Positions 27,847 through 37,203 of a DNA stretch of 64,000 nucleotides are shown one piece after another. The first letter of the stretch is position 1, and each line of letters starts with the position of its first letter. Source of the DNA: Actinomycetales bacterium. GTDB lineage: Bacteria > Actinomycetota > Actinomycetes > Actinomycetales > JBBAYJ01. The stretch spans positions 3,666 to 67,665 of the forward strand of contig JBBSQH010000015.1 in assembly GCA_038258055.1 (NCBI GenBank). The letters are read 5' to 3'. The notes beneath the pieces were generated by a model. It was given only the letters and a program-made list of their open reading frames with translations. It ran no database searches and had not been told where the DNA came from. The translations under genes were made by a program, and so were the position numbers.

Positions 27847-28438
27847 CCCCCACGAGCGCACCAGGACGCCGGTCCCGGTCAAGGTCCTGGTCGCAGGCGG
27901 CTTCGGCGTCGGCAAGACCACCCTGGTCGGCACCATGTCCGACATCACGCCGCTTCGCACCGAGGCACCCATGACCGCGCTGTCGGTCGGGGTGGACGAC
28001 ACCAGCGCGGTGCAGGACAAGACCACCACCACGGTGGCCCTGGACTTCGGCCGCAGCGCGCTGTCGCCCGACCTGGTGCTGTACATGTTCGGCACGCCCG
28101 GGCAGGACCGTTTCCTGTTCATGTGGGACGAGCTGGCCACCGGCGCGGTCGGGGCGATCGTCCTGGTCGACACCCGACGCCTGGCCGACGCGTTCGGGCC
28201 GGTCGCCTACTTCGAGAAGGCGGGGCTGCCGTTCGTCATCGCCGTCAACCAGTTCCCCGGCTCGGACGCGTACCCGGAGGCCGTGCTGCGCGAGGCGCTC
28301 GCCGTCGACCCCGACGTCCCCATCACCGCCGGTGACGCCCGGGACCCGGCGTCCTCACGTCACCTGCTGGTGACCCTGGTCCAGCACGCCCTGGGCCGGG
28401 CCCGCAGCGCCTCGGGCGTCGCCCAGCCCGTCGGCTGA
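27827..28438 (+). CDS. cvnD: small Ras-like GTP/ATP-binding protein (CvnD type, MglA-like)
   Basis: P-loop AGGFGVGKTTL, G3 FGTPGQDRF, and VNQFPG (NKxD-like position). 20-nt overlap with cvnC. Confidence 0.85.
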   Translation: MHSALPDPHERTRTPVPVKVLVAGGFGVGKTTLVGTMSDITPLRTEAPMTALSVGVDDTSAVQDKTTTTVALDFGRSALSPDLVLYMFGTPGQDRFLFMWDELATGAVGAIVLVDTRRLADAFGPVAYFEKAGLPFVIAVNQFPGSDAYPEAVLREALAVDPDVPITAGDARDPASSRHLLVTLVQHALGRARSASGVAQPVG

Positions 28439-28488
28439 CGGTCCCGCCGTCCCCTCGACCACGCCGACGAGACCATGCCGACGAGACC

Positions 28489-29544
28489 ATGCCACCGACA
28501 CCCGTGAGCCCTCCCGTGCTCGACGCACCCCGCCCCGGTCCCCGGGTCCGGGCCGCCTCGACGTCGGCCGCCGTGGTGGGTGTCGTCCTGGTCACGACGA
28601 CTGCCGTCGTCACGACGCTGCTGGCCGCGTGGCTGCTGGGCGCCGGCCGCCCGGGCCTGCTCGGCCAGGACGCACCGCCGTGGTGGCTGGCCCCGGGGCT
28701 GCGGGCCGTGCGGGACGTCGCGGGCGCGCTGGTCCTGGGCCTGCTGCTGCTCACCGCGGGCGTGTTGTCCTCCCCCGGCGGACCGGGGTCGGCGTCCGCG
28801 CCGACGTGGACGGCGGCGCGCCACGGGGTCCGGCTCGCCGCCGGGGCGGCCGCGGTCGCCGCGGTCACGGGCGCGGCTCACGTCGTCGTGGCCGCCGCCG
28901 CGCTGACGGGCCGCCCGCTGGGGGCGCCCGGGGCCGGGTCCGACCTGCTGACGGTCATGGGCGCGGTGGGTGGCTACCGGATGCTGGCCTACGCAGCCGT
29001 GACGATGCTCGTGGTCGCCGCCGTCGCCGCGCGGGCCCGGCGCCGCCGGACGCTGCTCCGCCTCGCCGCGGCGGCCGCTCTGGCCACGGCCCTGCTGGGC
29101 GGGTCCGGTCACGCCGCGGGCCACGAGGCGGCGGTCGGGGCGCTGGCGGTGCACGTCCTGGCCGCGTCGGCGTGGTGCGGCGGTCTGGGCGGGCTGCTGG
29201 TCCTGCGGGTGGTGGCCGGGGACGACGTCGCGTCCCTGCTGCCGCGGTTCTCCCGGCTGGCGGGGCTGTGCTTCGCGGCCGTGGCGGTGTCCGGGGTGGT
29301 CGCCGTGCTGCTGCGCTGGCAGGGCGGCGATCCCGGCCCGGTCTGGTTCGGCCTCGCCGCCGGCAAGACCGCGGTGCTGGTGGTCCTGGCCGTCGCCGGG
29401 CAGCTGCAACGGCGTCGGGTGGTGGGTCGGGCCGCCGCGGGCCGTCCCGTGCCCTGGTCGGACATGGTCCGCATCGGCGCGGTCGAGGTCGCCCTGATGG
29501 CCGTCGCCGCCGGCGCCGGGGTCGCGCTGTCGGCCGCGGGCTGA
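28489..29544 (+). CDS. CopD-like / cytochrome-oxidase-assembly-like polytopic membrane protein
   Basis: 351 aa with about 8 hydrophobic segments. The conserved-looking His/Trp/Cys patch HAAGHEAAVGALAVHVLAASAWCGGL resembles the CopD family. Weak call. Confidence 0.45.
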   Translation: MPPTPVSPPVLDAPRPGPRVRAASTSAAVVGVVLVTTTAVVTTLLAAWLLGAGRPGLLGQDAPPWWLAPGLRAVRDVAGALVLGLLLLTAGVLSSPGGPGSASAPTWTAARHGVRLAAGAAAVAAVTGAAHVVVAAAALTGRPLGAPGAGSDLLTVMGAVGGYRMLAYAAVTMLVVAAVAARARRRRTLLRLAAAAALATALLGGSGHAAGHEAAVGALAVHVLAASAWCGGLGGLLVLRVVAGDDVASLLPRFSRLAGLCFAAVAVSGVVAVLLRWQGGDPGPVWFGLAAGKTAVLVVLAVAGQLQRRRVVGRAAAGRPVPWSDMVRIGAVEVALMAVAAGAGVALSAAG

Positions 29545-29603
29545 GGCGGCTGCCCACCCCGGCGACCGTCAGGCGGTCACGCCCCCCCGGACGGGTGAGG
29601 GCG

Positions 29604-30359
29604 TCAGCTGCCCTGGCCCATGCTCCACATCGCCCAGGACTGCGTCCGCATCTCGCGCGGCTGCTGCAGCGTGGTCAGGACGGCGTGGGCCACCATCTCC
29701 GGGCGCAGGTACTCCGCCAGCGACGGGTCGCCCTCGGTGCGGCCCTTGCCGATGGCGAACTCGGTCTCGACCCCCGCGGGGTTGATGGTGGTGACCCGGA
29801 TCCCCTTCTCGCGCAGCTCGCGGTCGATGGAGCCCGCGAAGCCCTGCTGGGCGAACTTGGTGCCCGCGTAGACGGCCTCGTCGGGCCCGCCGCGGAAGCT
29901 GGCCACGGAGGCGACGATCACGACGTCGCCCGCGCCGGCCTCGAGCATGGTCGGCAGGGCGGCGCGGACCGTGAACACCGTGCCGGTGAAGTTGGTGTCG
30001 ACCATGGTGCGGATCTCGTCGTCCGTGCCGTCGAGCACCGAGCCGTAGGAGCCGATGCCGGTGTTGGCCACCACGGAGTCCAGCCGGCCCCAGGTGTCCA
30101 GGGCGGCCTGGACCAGGCGGGCGTTGTCGGCGGGCTCGCGCACGTCCATCTGGACGGGTACGACGCGGTCGGTGCCGAGCTGCTCCGCGAGCTCGGTCAG
30201 CCGCTCGATCCGGCGGGCGCCCACGACGACGTTGGCGCCGGCCGCGACGAGGGCCTCGGCCACGGCGCGGCCGATCCCGGCGGAGGCTCCGGTGATGGCG
30301 ACGACGGAACCGGTCAGGTCACGGGGCTGCATGAGGGTCATGCCCCGGACGCTAGCCAC
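29604..30359 (-). CDS. SDR-family oxidoreductase
   Basis: Cofactor motif ITGASAGIGRA and catalytic YAGTK. The start may be one of the internal Met codons (MTLMQ). Confidence 0.85.
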   Translation of the reverse strand: MASVRGMTLMQPRDLTGSVVAITGASAGIGRAVAEALVAAGANVVVGARRIERLTELAEQLGTDRVVPVQMDVREPADNARLVQAALDTWGRLDSVVANTGIGSYGSVLDGTDDEIRTMVDTNFTGTVFTVRAALPTMLEAGAGDVVIVASVASFRGGPDEAVYAGTKFAQQGFAGSIDRELREKGIRVTTINPAGVETEFAIGKGRTEGDPSLAEYLRPEMVAHAVLTTLQQPREMRTQSWAMWSMGQGS

Positions 30360-30499
30360 CTGGCGTGGGGCCCGCGCGCCGGGGGCCGGTCCGCGACGCG
30401 CGCCTGCGGACCCTTTACGCCGCGTCGGGGCTCACCTAGCGTCGGGCCCTCCCCCTGGGCGTGACACCCCGGGGCCGATCCGACCCTCAGAGGAGTCCC

Positions 30500-31342
30500 A
30501 TGTCCCGCGTGGTGCGTTCCGCCATCGTCCAGACCGCGTGGACGGGCGACAAGGAGTCCATGCTCGACCTGCACGAGAAGCACGCGCGCGAGGCCGCGGC
30601 CCAGGGCGCGCAGGTGATGTGCTTCCAGGAGCTGTTCTACGGGCCCTACTTCTGCCAGGTGCAGGAGACGGAGTACTACGACTACGCCGAGGCCGTCCCC
30701 GACGGTCCCACCGTGCAGCGCTTCTCGGCCCTGGCCAAGGAGCTCGGCATGGTCATGGTGCTGCCGGTCTACGAGCGGGAGGCGGCCGGGTTCCTCTACA
30801 ACACCGCCGCGGTGGTCGACGCCGACGGGACCTACCTGGGCAAGTACCGCAAGCACCACATCCCCCAGGTCAAGGGCTTCTGGGAGAAGTTCTACTTCCG
30901 TCCCGGCAACGTGGGCTGGCCCGTGTTCGACACCGCGGTCGGCAAGGTCGGGGTCTACATCTGCTACGACCGGCACTTCCCCGAGGGCTGGCGCGCGCTG
31001 GGCCTGGCCGGGGCCGAGATCGTCTTCAACCCCTCGGCCACCTCGCGCGGGCTGAGCAACTACCTGTGGAAGCTCGAGCAGCCGGCGGCCGCCGCGGCCA
31101 ACATGTACTTCGTCGCGGCGATCAACCGGGTGGGCGTGGAGCCGCTGGGCGACGACGACTTCTACGGCACCAGCTACTTCGCCGACCCGCGCGGGCAGCT
31201 GGTGGGCGAGGCCGCGTCCAGCCACGACGAGGAGCTCGTGGTCCGTGACCTCGACCTGTCCCTGATCGAGGAGGTCCGCAACCAGTGGGCGTTCTACCGG
31301 GACCGCCGCCCCGACGCGTACGGCCCGCTGGTCGAGGGCTGA
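30500..31342 (+). CDS. nitrilase-superfamily beta-ureidopropionase / N-carbamoyl-beta-alanine amidohydrolase
   Basis: GAGGAG then ATG 30500. The Glu-Lys-Cys triad contexts are MCFQELF, YRKHHIP and GVYICYDRHFPE. It ends WAFYRDRRPDAYGPL. Confidence 0.85.
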   Translation: MSRVVRSAIVQTAWTGDKESMLDLHEKHAREAAAQGAQVMCFQELFYGPYFCQVQETEYYDYAEAVPDGPTVQRFSALAKELGMVMVLPVYEREAAGFLYNTAAVVDADGTYLGKYRKHHIPQVKGFWEKFYFRPGNVGWPVFDTAVGKVGVYICYDRHFPEGWRALGLAGAEIVFNPSATSRGLSNYLWKLEQPAAAAANMYFVAAINRVGVEPLGDDDFYGTSYFADPRGQLVGEAASSHDEELVVRDLDLSLIEEVRNQWAFYRDRRPDAYGPLVEG

Positions 31343-31389
31343 TCGAGCCACCCCTTGCGCGGGGGCTCGGCCGGGGCGACCCTGCAGCG

Positions 31390-31797
31390 GTGGAGCGCTG
31401 GGCCGATCAGGACGTCGCCGAGGTCCGCCGCCGGGTGCGCGAGGTGGCCGGCGAGCTGCCCGGCGCCGTCGAGGAGGAGGGGCGCGGGCACACCCGCTGG
31501 CTCGTGCGTCGGAAGCGCTTCGCGTGGCTGCTCGTCGACCACCACGACGACGGTCGGCTCGCCCTGGCGGTGCGCGCGGTCCCCGGTCAGCAGGCGGCCC
31601 TGGTCGGCTCCGACCCCGACCGCTGGTTCGTCCCGGCCTACCTGGGGGCCCGCGGCTGGGTGGCGGCGCACCTGGACCCCGGGCACGACCCCGACTGGGA
31701 CCACGTCGAGCACCTGCTCGAGGAGTCCTGGCGCCTGGCCGCCGGAGCCCGCGCCGTGGCCCGGTTCGACGGGGGACGCGCCGCACCGCCGCCCTGA
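31390..31797 (+). CDS. MmcQ/YjbR-like protein (putative)
   Basis: ELPGAVEEEGRGHTRWLVRRKRFAWLL...FVPAYLGARGWVAAHL resembles YjbR-fold proteins. The start is uncertain (GTG 31390 chosen). Confidence 0.5.
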   Translation: MERWADQDVAEVRRRVREVAGELPGAVEEEGRGHTRWLVRRKRFAWLLVDHHDDGRLALAVRAVPGQQAALVGSDPDRWFVPAYLGARGWVAAHLDPGHDPDWDHVEHLLEESWRLAAGARAVARFDGGRAAPPP

Positions 31798-31842
31798 GCG
31801 ACTCCCCTACCGCGCGGGCGGGACACGGCCTACCGTCGGGCC

Positions 31843-33177
31843 ATGACCATGACGGACCCCGCCCTCGACGCCGCCGCCCTGCCCTCCGGGTCCCGCACCG
31901 AGGACCTGCTGGCGCGTCACCGGGCGGTCATGCCCGCCTGGCAGGCGCTGTACTACGCCGACCCGATCGCGATCAGCCACGGCGAGGGGCGTCACGTCTG
32001 GGACGTCGAGGGCACCCGCTACCTGGACTTCTTCGGGGGCATCCTCACCACCATGACGGCGCACGCGCTGCCCGAGGTGACCGCGGCCGTGCAGGAGCAG
32101 GCGGGCAAGATCCTGCACTCCTCGACGCTGTACCTGAACGAGCAGACCGTGGAGCTGGCCGAGCGGATCGCCGAGCTGTCCGGCATCCCGGACGCCAAGG
32201 TCTTCCTGACCCCGTCGGGCACCGAGGCCAACGACGCCGCGCTGCTGATGGCCACGGTCCACCGCCGCAGCAACCAGGTCCTGGCGATGCGCAACAGCTA
32301 CCACGGCCGGTCGTTCTCCACCATCGGCATCACCAGCCACCGCTCGTGGAGCCCGACGTCGTTCTCCGGTCTGCAGACCACCTACGTGCACGGCGGCTAC
32401 CGGTTGCGGAGCCCGTTCCGGGACCTGCCGGACGGCGAGTACACCGCCGCCTGCGTGGCCGACCTGCGCCAGCTGCTCGACATGGCGACCTCCGGGGACG
32501 TCGCCTGCATGATCGCCGAGCCGATCCAGGGCGTCGGGGGCTTCGCAACCCCGCCCGACGGGTTCTTCGGCGCCATGAAGGAGGTGCTCGACGCCCACGG
32601 GATCCTGTTCGTGTGCGACGAGGTACAGACGGGCTGGGGCCGCACGGGCGAGCACTTCTGGGGGTACCAGGCGCACGGGATCACCCCCGACCTGCTGACC
32701 TTCGCCAAGGGGGTCGGCAACGGCCTGCCGCTGGGCGGGGTCGTCGGTCGGGCCGAGGTGGTCGACGCGATCGCCGGCAACCACATCTCGACCTTCGGCG
32801 GCTCGCCCCTGGTGTCAGCCGGCGCCAACGCCAACCTGAAGTACCTGCTCGAGCACGACCTGCAGGGCAACGCCAAGCGGGTCGGCGACCGGTTGCGCGC
32901 CGCGGTCCAGCCCACGGTCGAGCAGACCCCCTGGATCGCCGAGATGCGAGGCCGCGGCCTGATGCTGGCCCTGGAGTGCGTGGTCCCGGGGGGCATCGAG
33001 CCCGACCAGGCCCGGGCCGCGGCCCTGCTCGAGGGGGCCAAGGACCGGCGTCTGCTGGTCGGCAAGGGCGGGCTGTACGGCAACGTCGTCCGGATGGCGC
33101 CCCCGCTGACGCTGACCGAGGCCGAGGCCGACGAGGGCGCCGCGCTCCTGCTGGACGCGATCGCCTCGCTGGGCTGA
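31843..33177 (+). CDS. class-III (omega) aminotransferase, beta-alanine/aminobutyrate type
   Basis: Motifs are LTPSGTEANDAAL and FVCDEVQTGWGRTGEHFW. The PLP lysine context is LLTFAKGVGNGLPLG. Confidence 0.85.
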   Translation: MTMTDPALDAAALPSGSRTEDLLARHRAVMPAWQALYYADPIAISHGEGRHVWDVEGTRYLDFFGGILTTMTAHALPEVTAAVQEQAGKILHSSTLYLNEQTVELAERIAELSGIPDAKVFLTPSGTEANDAALLMATVHRRSNQVLAMRNSYHGRSFSTIGITSHRSWSPTSFSGLQTTYVHGGYRLRSPFRDLPDGEYTAACVADLRQLLDMATSGDVACMIAEPIQGVGGFATPPDGFFGAMKEVLDAHGILFVCDEVQTGWGRTGEHFWGYQAHGITPDLLTFAKGVGNGLPLGGVVGRAEVVDAIAGNHISTFGGSPLVSAGANANLKYLLEHDLQGNAKRVGDRLRAAVQPTVEQTPWIAEMRGRGLMLALECVVPGGIEPDQARAAALLEGAKDRRLLVGKGGLYGNVVRMAPPLTLTEAEADEGAALLLDAIASLG

Positions 33178-33210
33178 GAGCGCCACCGGCCGAACCCTCC
33201 GGCGGACGTC

Positions 33211-33248
33211 CCTCGACCCCGCCCCGCAGCAGCGGGACGGGGTCGAGG
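33211..33248. terminator. bidirectional hairpin between convergent aminotransferase and GDPD genes
   Basis: CCTCGACCCCG-c-CCCGC-agca-GCGGG-a-CGGGGTCGAGG, giving 16 paired positions. Confidence 0.6.
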
Positions 33249-33262
33249 ACGTGCGGGCGGGG

Positions 33263-35179
33263 TCAGCCGGCGGCCAGGGCCCTCGCGTCGGCGGCCAGCG
33301 TGGTCATGGTCGCCGCGTCCAGCTGACGACCGGCGGCCTGCTCGGCCCGACGGGCCAGCCCCTCCAGGTCCCCGGCGGCGAGACGCCCGAGCAGCCCGGC
33401 GACCGCCGCGTCCCCGTCGGCCCGCACGGGCTCCGCCCCCAGCACCAGGGCGGCCAGACCGGGCTCGGTGGCGACGACCTCGAACGTGGAGGTGGCCTCG
33501 ACCTCCCCGCCGGGCCCGGTGGCCCGCGCCGTCAGCACGTGCGCCCCCAGGGCGAGCGCGGTCAGGTCCAAGGCCGTGCCCACCTCGACGGGGACCCCGT
33601 CCAGGGCCACCTCCACCGTGTCGACGTCGTCGGTCGCCACGGCCAGCACCGGGTGCTGCTCGCGGCCCAGGGCGCCCCCGTCGACCGGGGAGGTGATGGC
33701 GACGACCGGCACCGGGGCCGGCGCCTCGGCCTGCTGGGCCAGCCGCGAGCCCCAGCCGACCAGGGCACCGGGGCGGTCGGTGATGATGCCGTCGACGCCG
33801 AGGTCCACCAGCGCGGCCCACTGCGCCGGGGCGTTCACCGTGTAGGGCATGACGGCCACCCCGGCCTCGTTGAGGGCCCCGACGACCTCGGGACGGGCGG
33901 CCAGGGTGCCGGCGGAGGGGTTGTAGGCCACGACGTCGTACTGCCGGGCGGCGGCGACCGGGTCGGCGTCCAGGCTGCCACGGAGCAGTCCGAGCGCGAT
34001 GTCCTCGTCGGCGGCGCGGGCGTAGGTCAGCACGTTCGTGTCGAAGCTCTGCAGCAGGACCTGGTCGACCATGTCGCGCTCACGCACCAGGGCGAGCATG
34101 GCCTCGACCTGCGCGGCCGTCTCCGGGCCCTTGACCTCCAGCAGCAGGGTGGTGCCGCGGCCGCGGACGGCGTCCAGGACCTGGGCCAGGGTCGGCACGG
34201 GCTCACCGGCGAAGGCAGGCGCGAACCAGGACCCGGCATCGAGGCCGGCGAGGTACTCGGTGGCCAGCACGGCCACGTCCCCGGTGCCGTCGGTGGTCCG
34301 GTCGACGCGCTGGTCGTGCATCACCACGGGCACGCCGTCGGTGGTGGTGTGGGCGTCGATCTCGACGTACTCCGCACCTGCGCGGATGCCCTGCTCGATG
34401 GCGGTCAGCGTGTTCTCGGGCGCGACGGAGGAGTAGCCGCGGTGGGCGACGACGGCCGGCGCGGTGCCGTCCTCGCGGACCAGCGTCGGCTCGGGCAGCT
34501 CGGTGACGACGACGTCGTCGAAGGCGACCCGCGCGCCGTTGACCACGAACCCGAGACCGCCGTCGTCGCTGCGGCGCAGGCTGCGGGTCTCCAGCACCAG
34601 CTGCTCGTCGTAGTACCAGCGGGCCTGGTTGCCCTGGACCTCGACGGCGACCCGCACGTCGCGCCCGGTGCCCGCGGCGGTCGGGGCCGGGGCGGTCACC
34701 GGCACGTTCCAGGTGCTGGCGGCGGTCCGCTCGGCGAACTCGAGGCCGTTGGTGGCCGTGGTCTGCGAGCGCATCGTGGCGATCCACCAGGGCACGGAGC
34801 CGTCGGCGGCCAGGTCCAGGCCCAGCGCGGCCCACCGGCCACCGTTCTCGACCGTGTCGAAGCGAACCGTCGCCTCGAACCGGTAGTTGTCCAGGTGCGG
34901 CCCGAACGTCAGCCGCGACAGCCGGCTGCCGGTCGAGGTACCGACCAGGCGTCCGTCGACGACCTGCCAGGTGCCGTCGACCGGTCGCCAGCCCTCGGGC
35001 AGGACGCCGGCGGAGAAGTCCTGGCTGATCACGGGCGTGGGGTCGTCGACCTCGGCCGCGGACGCGGGGCCGACGGCGAGCAGCCCGGCGGTGGCGAGAG
35101 CCACGCCGGCGAGCAGCGCGAGCGGACGGCTGGGACGCAGGGGCAGGAGGCGGTGGCCCCGGGCCGGTCGGGATGTCAT
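33263..35179 (-). CDS. secreted glycerophosphodiester phosphodiesterase with N-terminal lectin/DUF1080-like domain and C-terminal Ig-like region
   Basis: ATG 35179 gives the signal LALLAGVALATAGLLAVGPASA. The GDPD core is VVAHRGYSSVAPENTLTAIEQGIRAGAEYVEIDAHTTTDGVPVVMHD. Only the lower 638 codons of the 1133-aa ORF are real. Confidence 0.85.
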   Translation of the reverse strand: MTSRPARGHRLLPLRPSRPLALLAGVALATAGLLAVGPASAAEVDDPTPVISQDFSAGVLPEGWRPVDGTWQVVDGRLVGTSTGSRLSRLTFGPHLDNYRFEATVRFDTVENGGRWAALGLDLAADGSVPWWIATMRSQTTATNGLEFAERTAASTWNVPVTAPAPTAAGTGRDVRVAVEVQGNQARWYYDEQLVLETRSLRRSDDGGLGFVVNGARVAFDDVVVTELPEPTLVREDGTAPAVVAHRGYSSVAPENTLTAIEQGIRAGAEYVEIDAHTTTDGVPVVMHDQRVDRTTDGTGDVAVLATEYLAGLDAGSWFAPAFAGEPVPTLAQVLDAVRGRGTTLLLEVKGPETAAQVEAMLALVRERDMVDQVLLQSFDTNVLTYARAADEDIALGLLRGSLDADPVAAARQYDVVAYNPSAGTLAARPEVVGALNEAGVAVMPYTVNAPAQWAALVDLGVDGIITDRPGALVGWGSRLAQQAEAPAPVPVVAITSPVDGGALGREQHPVLAVATDDVDTVEVALDGVPVEVGTALDLTALALGAHVLTARATGPGGEVEATSTFEVVATEPGLAALVLGAEPVRADGDAAVAGLLGRLAAGDLEGLARRAEQAAGRQLDAATMTTLAADARALAAG

Positions 35180-35476
35180 GGGCCCGGACGCTAGGAACGC
35201 TTGGTGAATGACTCTGATACGGAGCGTTACCGCTTCCCTGACCGCCGCGGTCCATCGGGCGACGGGTCGGTGACGCGACGGCGGCGACCAGGCGTCGCCC
35301 GGGTGAGCACCAGGAGACGCCGGGGTGTCGCCCCCGCCGTGACCTGCGTCTACGAGGACACGCCGGGCCCCGCACCTCGCGGTGCGGGACGACCGGGAGA
35401 CCGTGGCCCGAGCGTGGACGGGTTCCCGGTCGGCCTGCCGACGGCTGGTCCGCCGGCACCTGGGTAGGAGCCAGGT

Positions 35477-36742
35477 ATGACCCCATCCCGGACGCCCGAC
35501 GACGACTCGAACCCGCTGCTGTCGCCGCTGCCTGGCTGGCTGCGTCGGGCGGTGGCATACGGCCTGGCGGGCCTCGTGCTGAGCGTGGTCGCCTGGGGGA
35601 TCTTCCACGCGCTGCTGGTCGTCGGCCTGGTGGTGTTCGCCCTCCTGGCGGCCGTCCTGCTGGCCGCCCTGCTGGCCCCGCTCGCCGTCCGGCTGCGCGA
35701 CCTGGGTCTGCCCCGCTCCCTGGCGTCGCTGCTCAGCCTGCTCCTGCTGCTCGGGGTGCCGGCCGGGATCGGCTACCTCGTCTACAGCCAGGTGAGGCAG
35801 CAGGTGCAGGACATCGGCCCCACCGTCACCGAGGGCATCGACCGGGTCACCCAGTGGCTGATGAACGGCCCCGTCGGGCTGAGCAGCGACCGGCTGGACG
35901 AGCTGCGCACCTCCGCGACGGACACGGCCACCGCTGCTCTGCCCGGGGCCGTGGCGGGCACCACGACGGTGGTCAGCTTCGTCACCGGTCTGCTGCTCGT
36001 CCTGTTCGCGGTGTTCTTCCTGGTCAAGGACGGCGACACCATGTGGCACTGGGCGCTCGGCTGGGTGTCGGAGGAGCACCGCGAACGGGTCGACGGCGGC
36101 GGCCGCATCACCTGGTCGACGTTGACGGCGTACGTGAGGGGTACGGCGCTCGTCGCGCTGTGCGACGCCATCGGCATCGGCATCGGGTTGCTGGTGCTGG
36201 GCGTCCCGCTGTGGCTGTCCCTGGCGCTGCTGACCTTCGTCAGCGCCTTCGTGCCCATCATCGGCGCCACCGTCGCCGGCGCGGCCGCGGTGCTCGTCAC
36301 CCTCGTGACCAACGGCCCCGTCGACGCCCTGATCGTGCTGGGCATCGTGCTGGTGGTCCAGCAGGTCGAGGGCAACCTGCTCCAGCCGCTCATCATGAGC
36401 GGCGTCGTCAAGCTGCACCCCCTCGTGGTCGTGTCCGCCGTGACGGCCGGGACGCTGGTGCTCGGGATCGCCGGGGCGGTGCTGGCGGTACCGCTGGTCG
36501 CGGTCGCCTACCGGCTCATCAGCTACCTCAACGGCCGGACCGAGCCGCAGGAGGCCGGGGGCGACCCGGGCGACCCGGGCGACCGTGACGACGAGGGCGA
36601 CCAGGAGCGCGACGAGGCCGCTGACGGCGATCACGGGTCCGTCGCGTCCACCCGCAGTCAGCACCAGCCTGACCAGCCTGGACGGAGGGGACCGGCGGCC
36701 GCGCGACCAGAGGGCGCGAGGGCCACCCCCACGGACGGCTGA
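35477..36742 (+). CDS. AI-2E family (PerM/UPF0118) transporter
   Basis: AGGAG then ATG 35477. The protein has 7-8 TM segments and the conserved block FVPIIGATVAGAAAVLV...VVQQVEGNLLQPLIMS. Confidence 0.85.
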   Translation: MTPSRTPDDDSNPLLSPLPGWLRRAVAYGLAGLVLSVVAWGIFHALLVVGLVVFALLAAVLLAALLAPLAVRLRDLGLPRSLASLLSLLLLLGVPAGIGYLVYSQVRQQVQDIGPTVTEGIDRVTQWLMNGPVGLSSDRLDELRTSATDTATAALPGAVAGTTTVVSFVTGLLLVLFAVFFLVKDGDTMWHWALGWVSEEHRERVDGGGRITWSTLTAYVRGTALVALCDAIGIGIGLLVLGVPLWLSLALLTFVSAFVPIIGATVAGAAAVLVTLVTNGPVDALIVLGIVLVVQQVEGNLLQPLIMSGVVKLHPLVVVSAVTAGTLVLGIAGAVLAVPLVAVAYRLISYLNGRTEPQEAGGDPGDPGDRDDEGDQERDEAADGDHGSVASTRSQHQPDQPGRRGPAAARPEGARATPTDG

Positions 36743-36754
36743 GGCGCCGACGGC

Positions 36755-37147
36755 TCAGCCCGCGGGAGCCTCCACCCAGGTGACCAGCTGGATCACGACG
36801 CCGCTGGGGTCCATGACCTGCAGGTACCGCTCGCCCCACGGCTCGGTCTCGGGCGGGGTCAGCATCGGCACCCCCGCGGCCACGAGTCGGTCGTGCTCGG
36901 CGTCGACGTCGGGCACGACGAAGGCCAGCAGCAGGCCGTCGGCGTCGTGGCCACGCATGTGGTCCGGCTTGAACGACGCCAGGCCGGTGCGGAGGTAGAT
37001 GACGTTCACGCCGGCGGTGGGGTGCCCGAGGGACACGAACCCGTCGGCGGACATCTGCTCGGTGAACCCGAGGTGGGTGCTGAGGAACTCGGCGGAGGCC
37101 TGGGGGTCGGTGACGTTGAGGGACAGGGCGGTGGCGGTGATCTCCAT
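36755..37147 (-). CDS. VOC/glyoxalase-bleomycin-resistance family protein
   Basis: 130 aa: LSLNVTDPQASAEFLSTHLGF...PWGERYLQVMDPSGVVIQL. Confidence 0.8.
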   Translation of the reverse strand: MEITATALSLNVTDPQASAEFLSTHLGFTEQMSADGFVSLGHPTAGVNVIYLRTGLASFKPDHMRGHDADGLLLAFVVPDVDAEHDRLVAAGVPMLTPPETEPWGERYLQVMDPSGVVIQLVTWVEAPAG

Positions 37148-37159
37148 GCCGGGCCTAAC

Positions 37160-37176
37160 TCCGTACGTTGTACGGA
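37160..37176. promoter_or_regulatory. operator-like palindrome between VOC and TetR genes
   Basis: TCCGTAC-gtt-GTACGGA is a perfect 7-bp inverted repeat. It lies 13 nt from the VOC start codon. Confidence 0.4.
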
Positions 37177-37203
37177 TTGTTCCCGGGAGGGCAGGATCGG
37201 TCC

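Noticed and set aside
35186-35212. PHO-box-like direct repeats (minus strand ATTCACCAAGC GTTCCTAGCGT) just upstream of the GDPD gene, plus the inverted repeat AACGCT-N22-AGCGTT.
   Set aside because: Only the first unit resembles the GTTCACC core, the second is poor, and the position is 12-33 nt from the start codon. This is too weak to call without a PhoP motif scan or binding data.
35180-36664. Upper 495 codons of the 1133-aa minus-strand ORF 33263..36664.
   Set aside because: This part is antisense to the well-supported AI-2E transporter gene and has junk composition. The GDPD protein has its own ATG (35179) and signal peptide.
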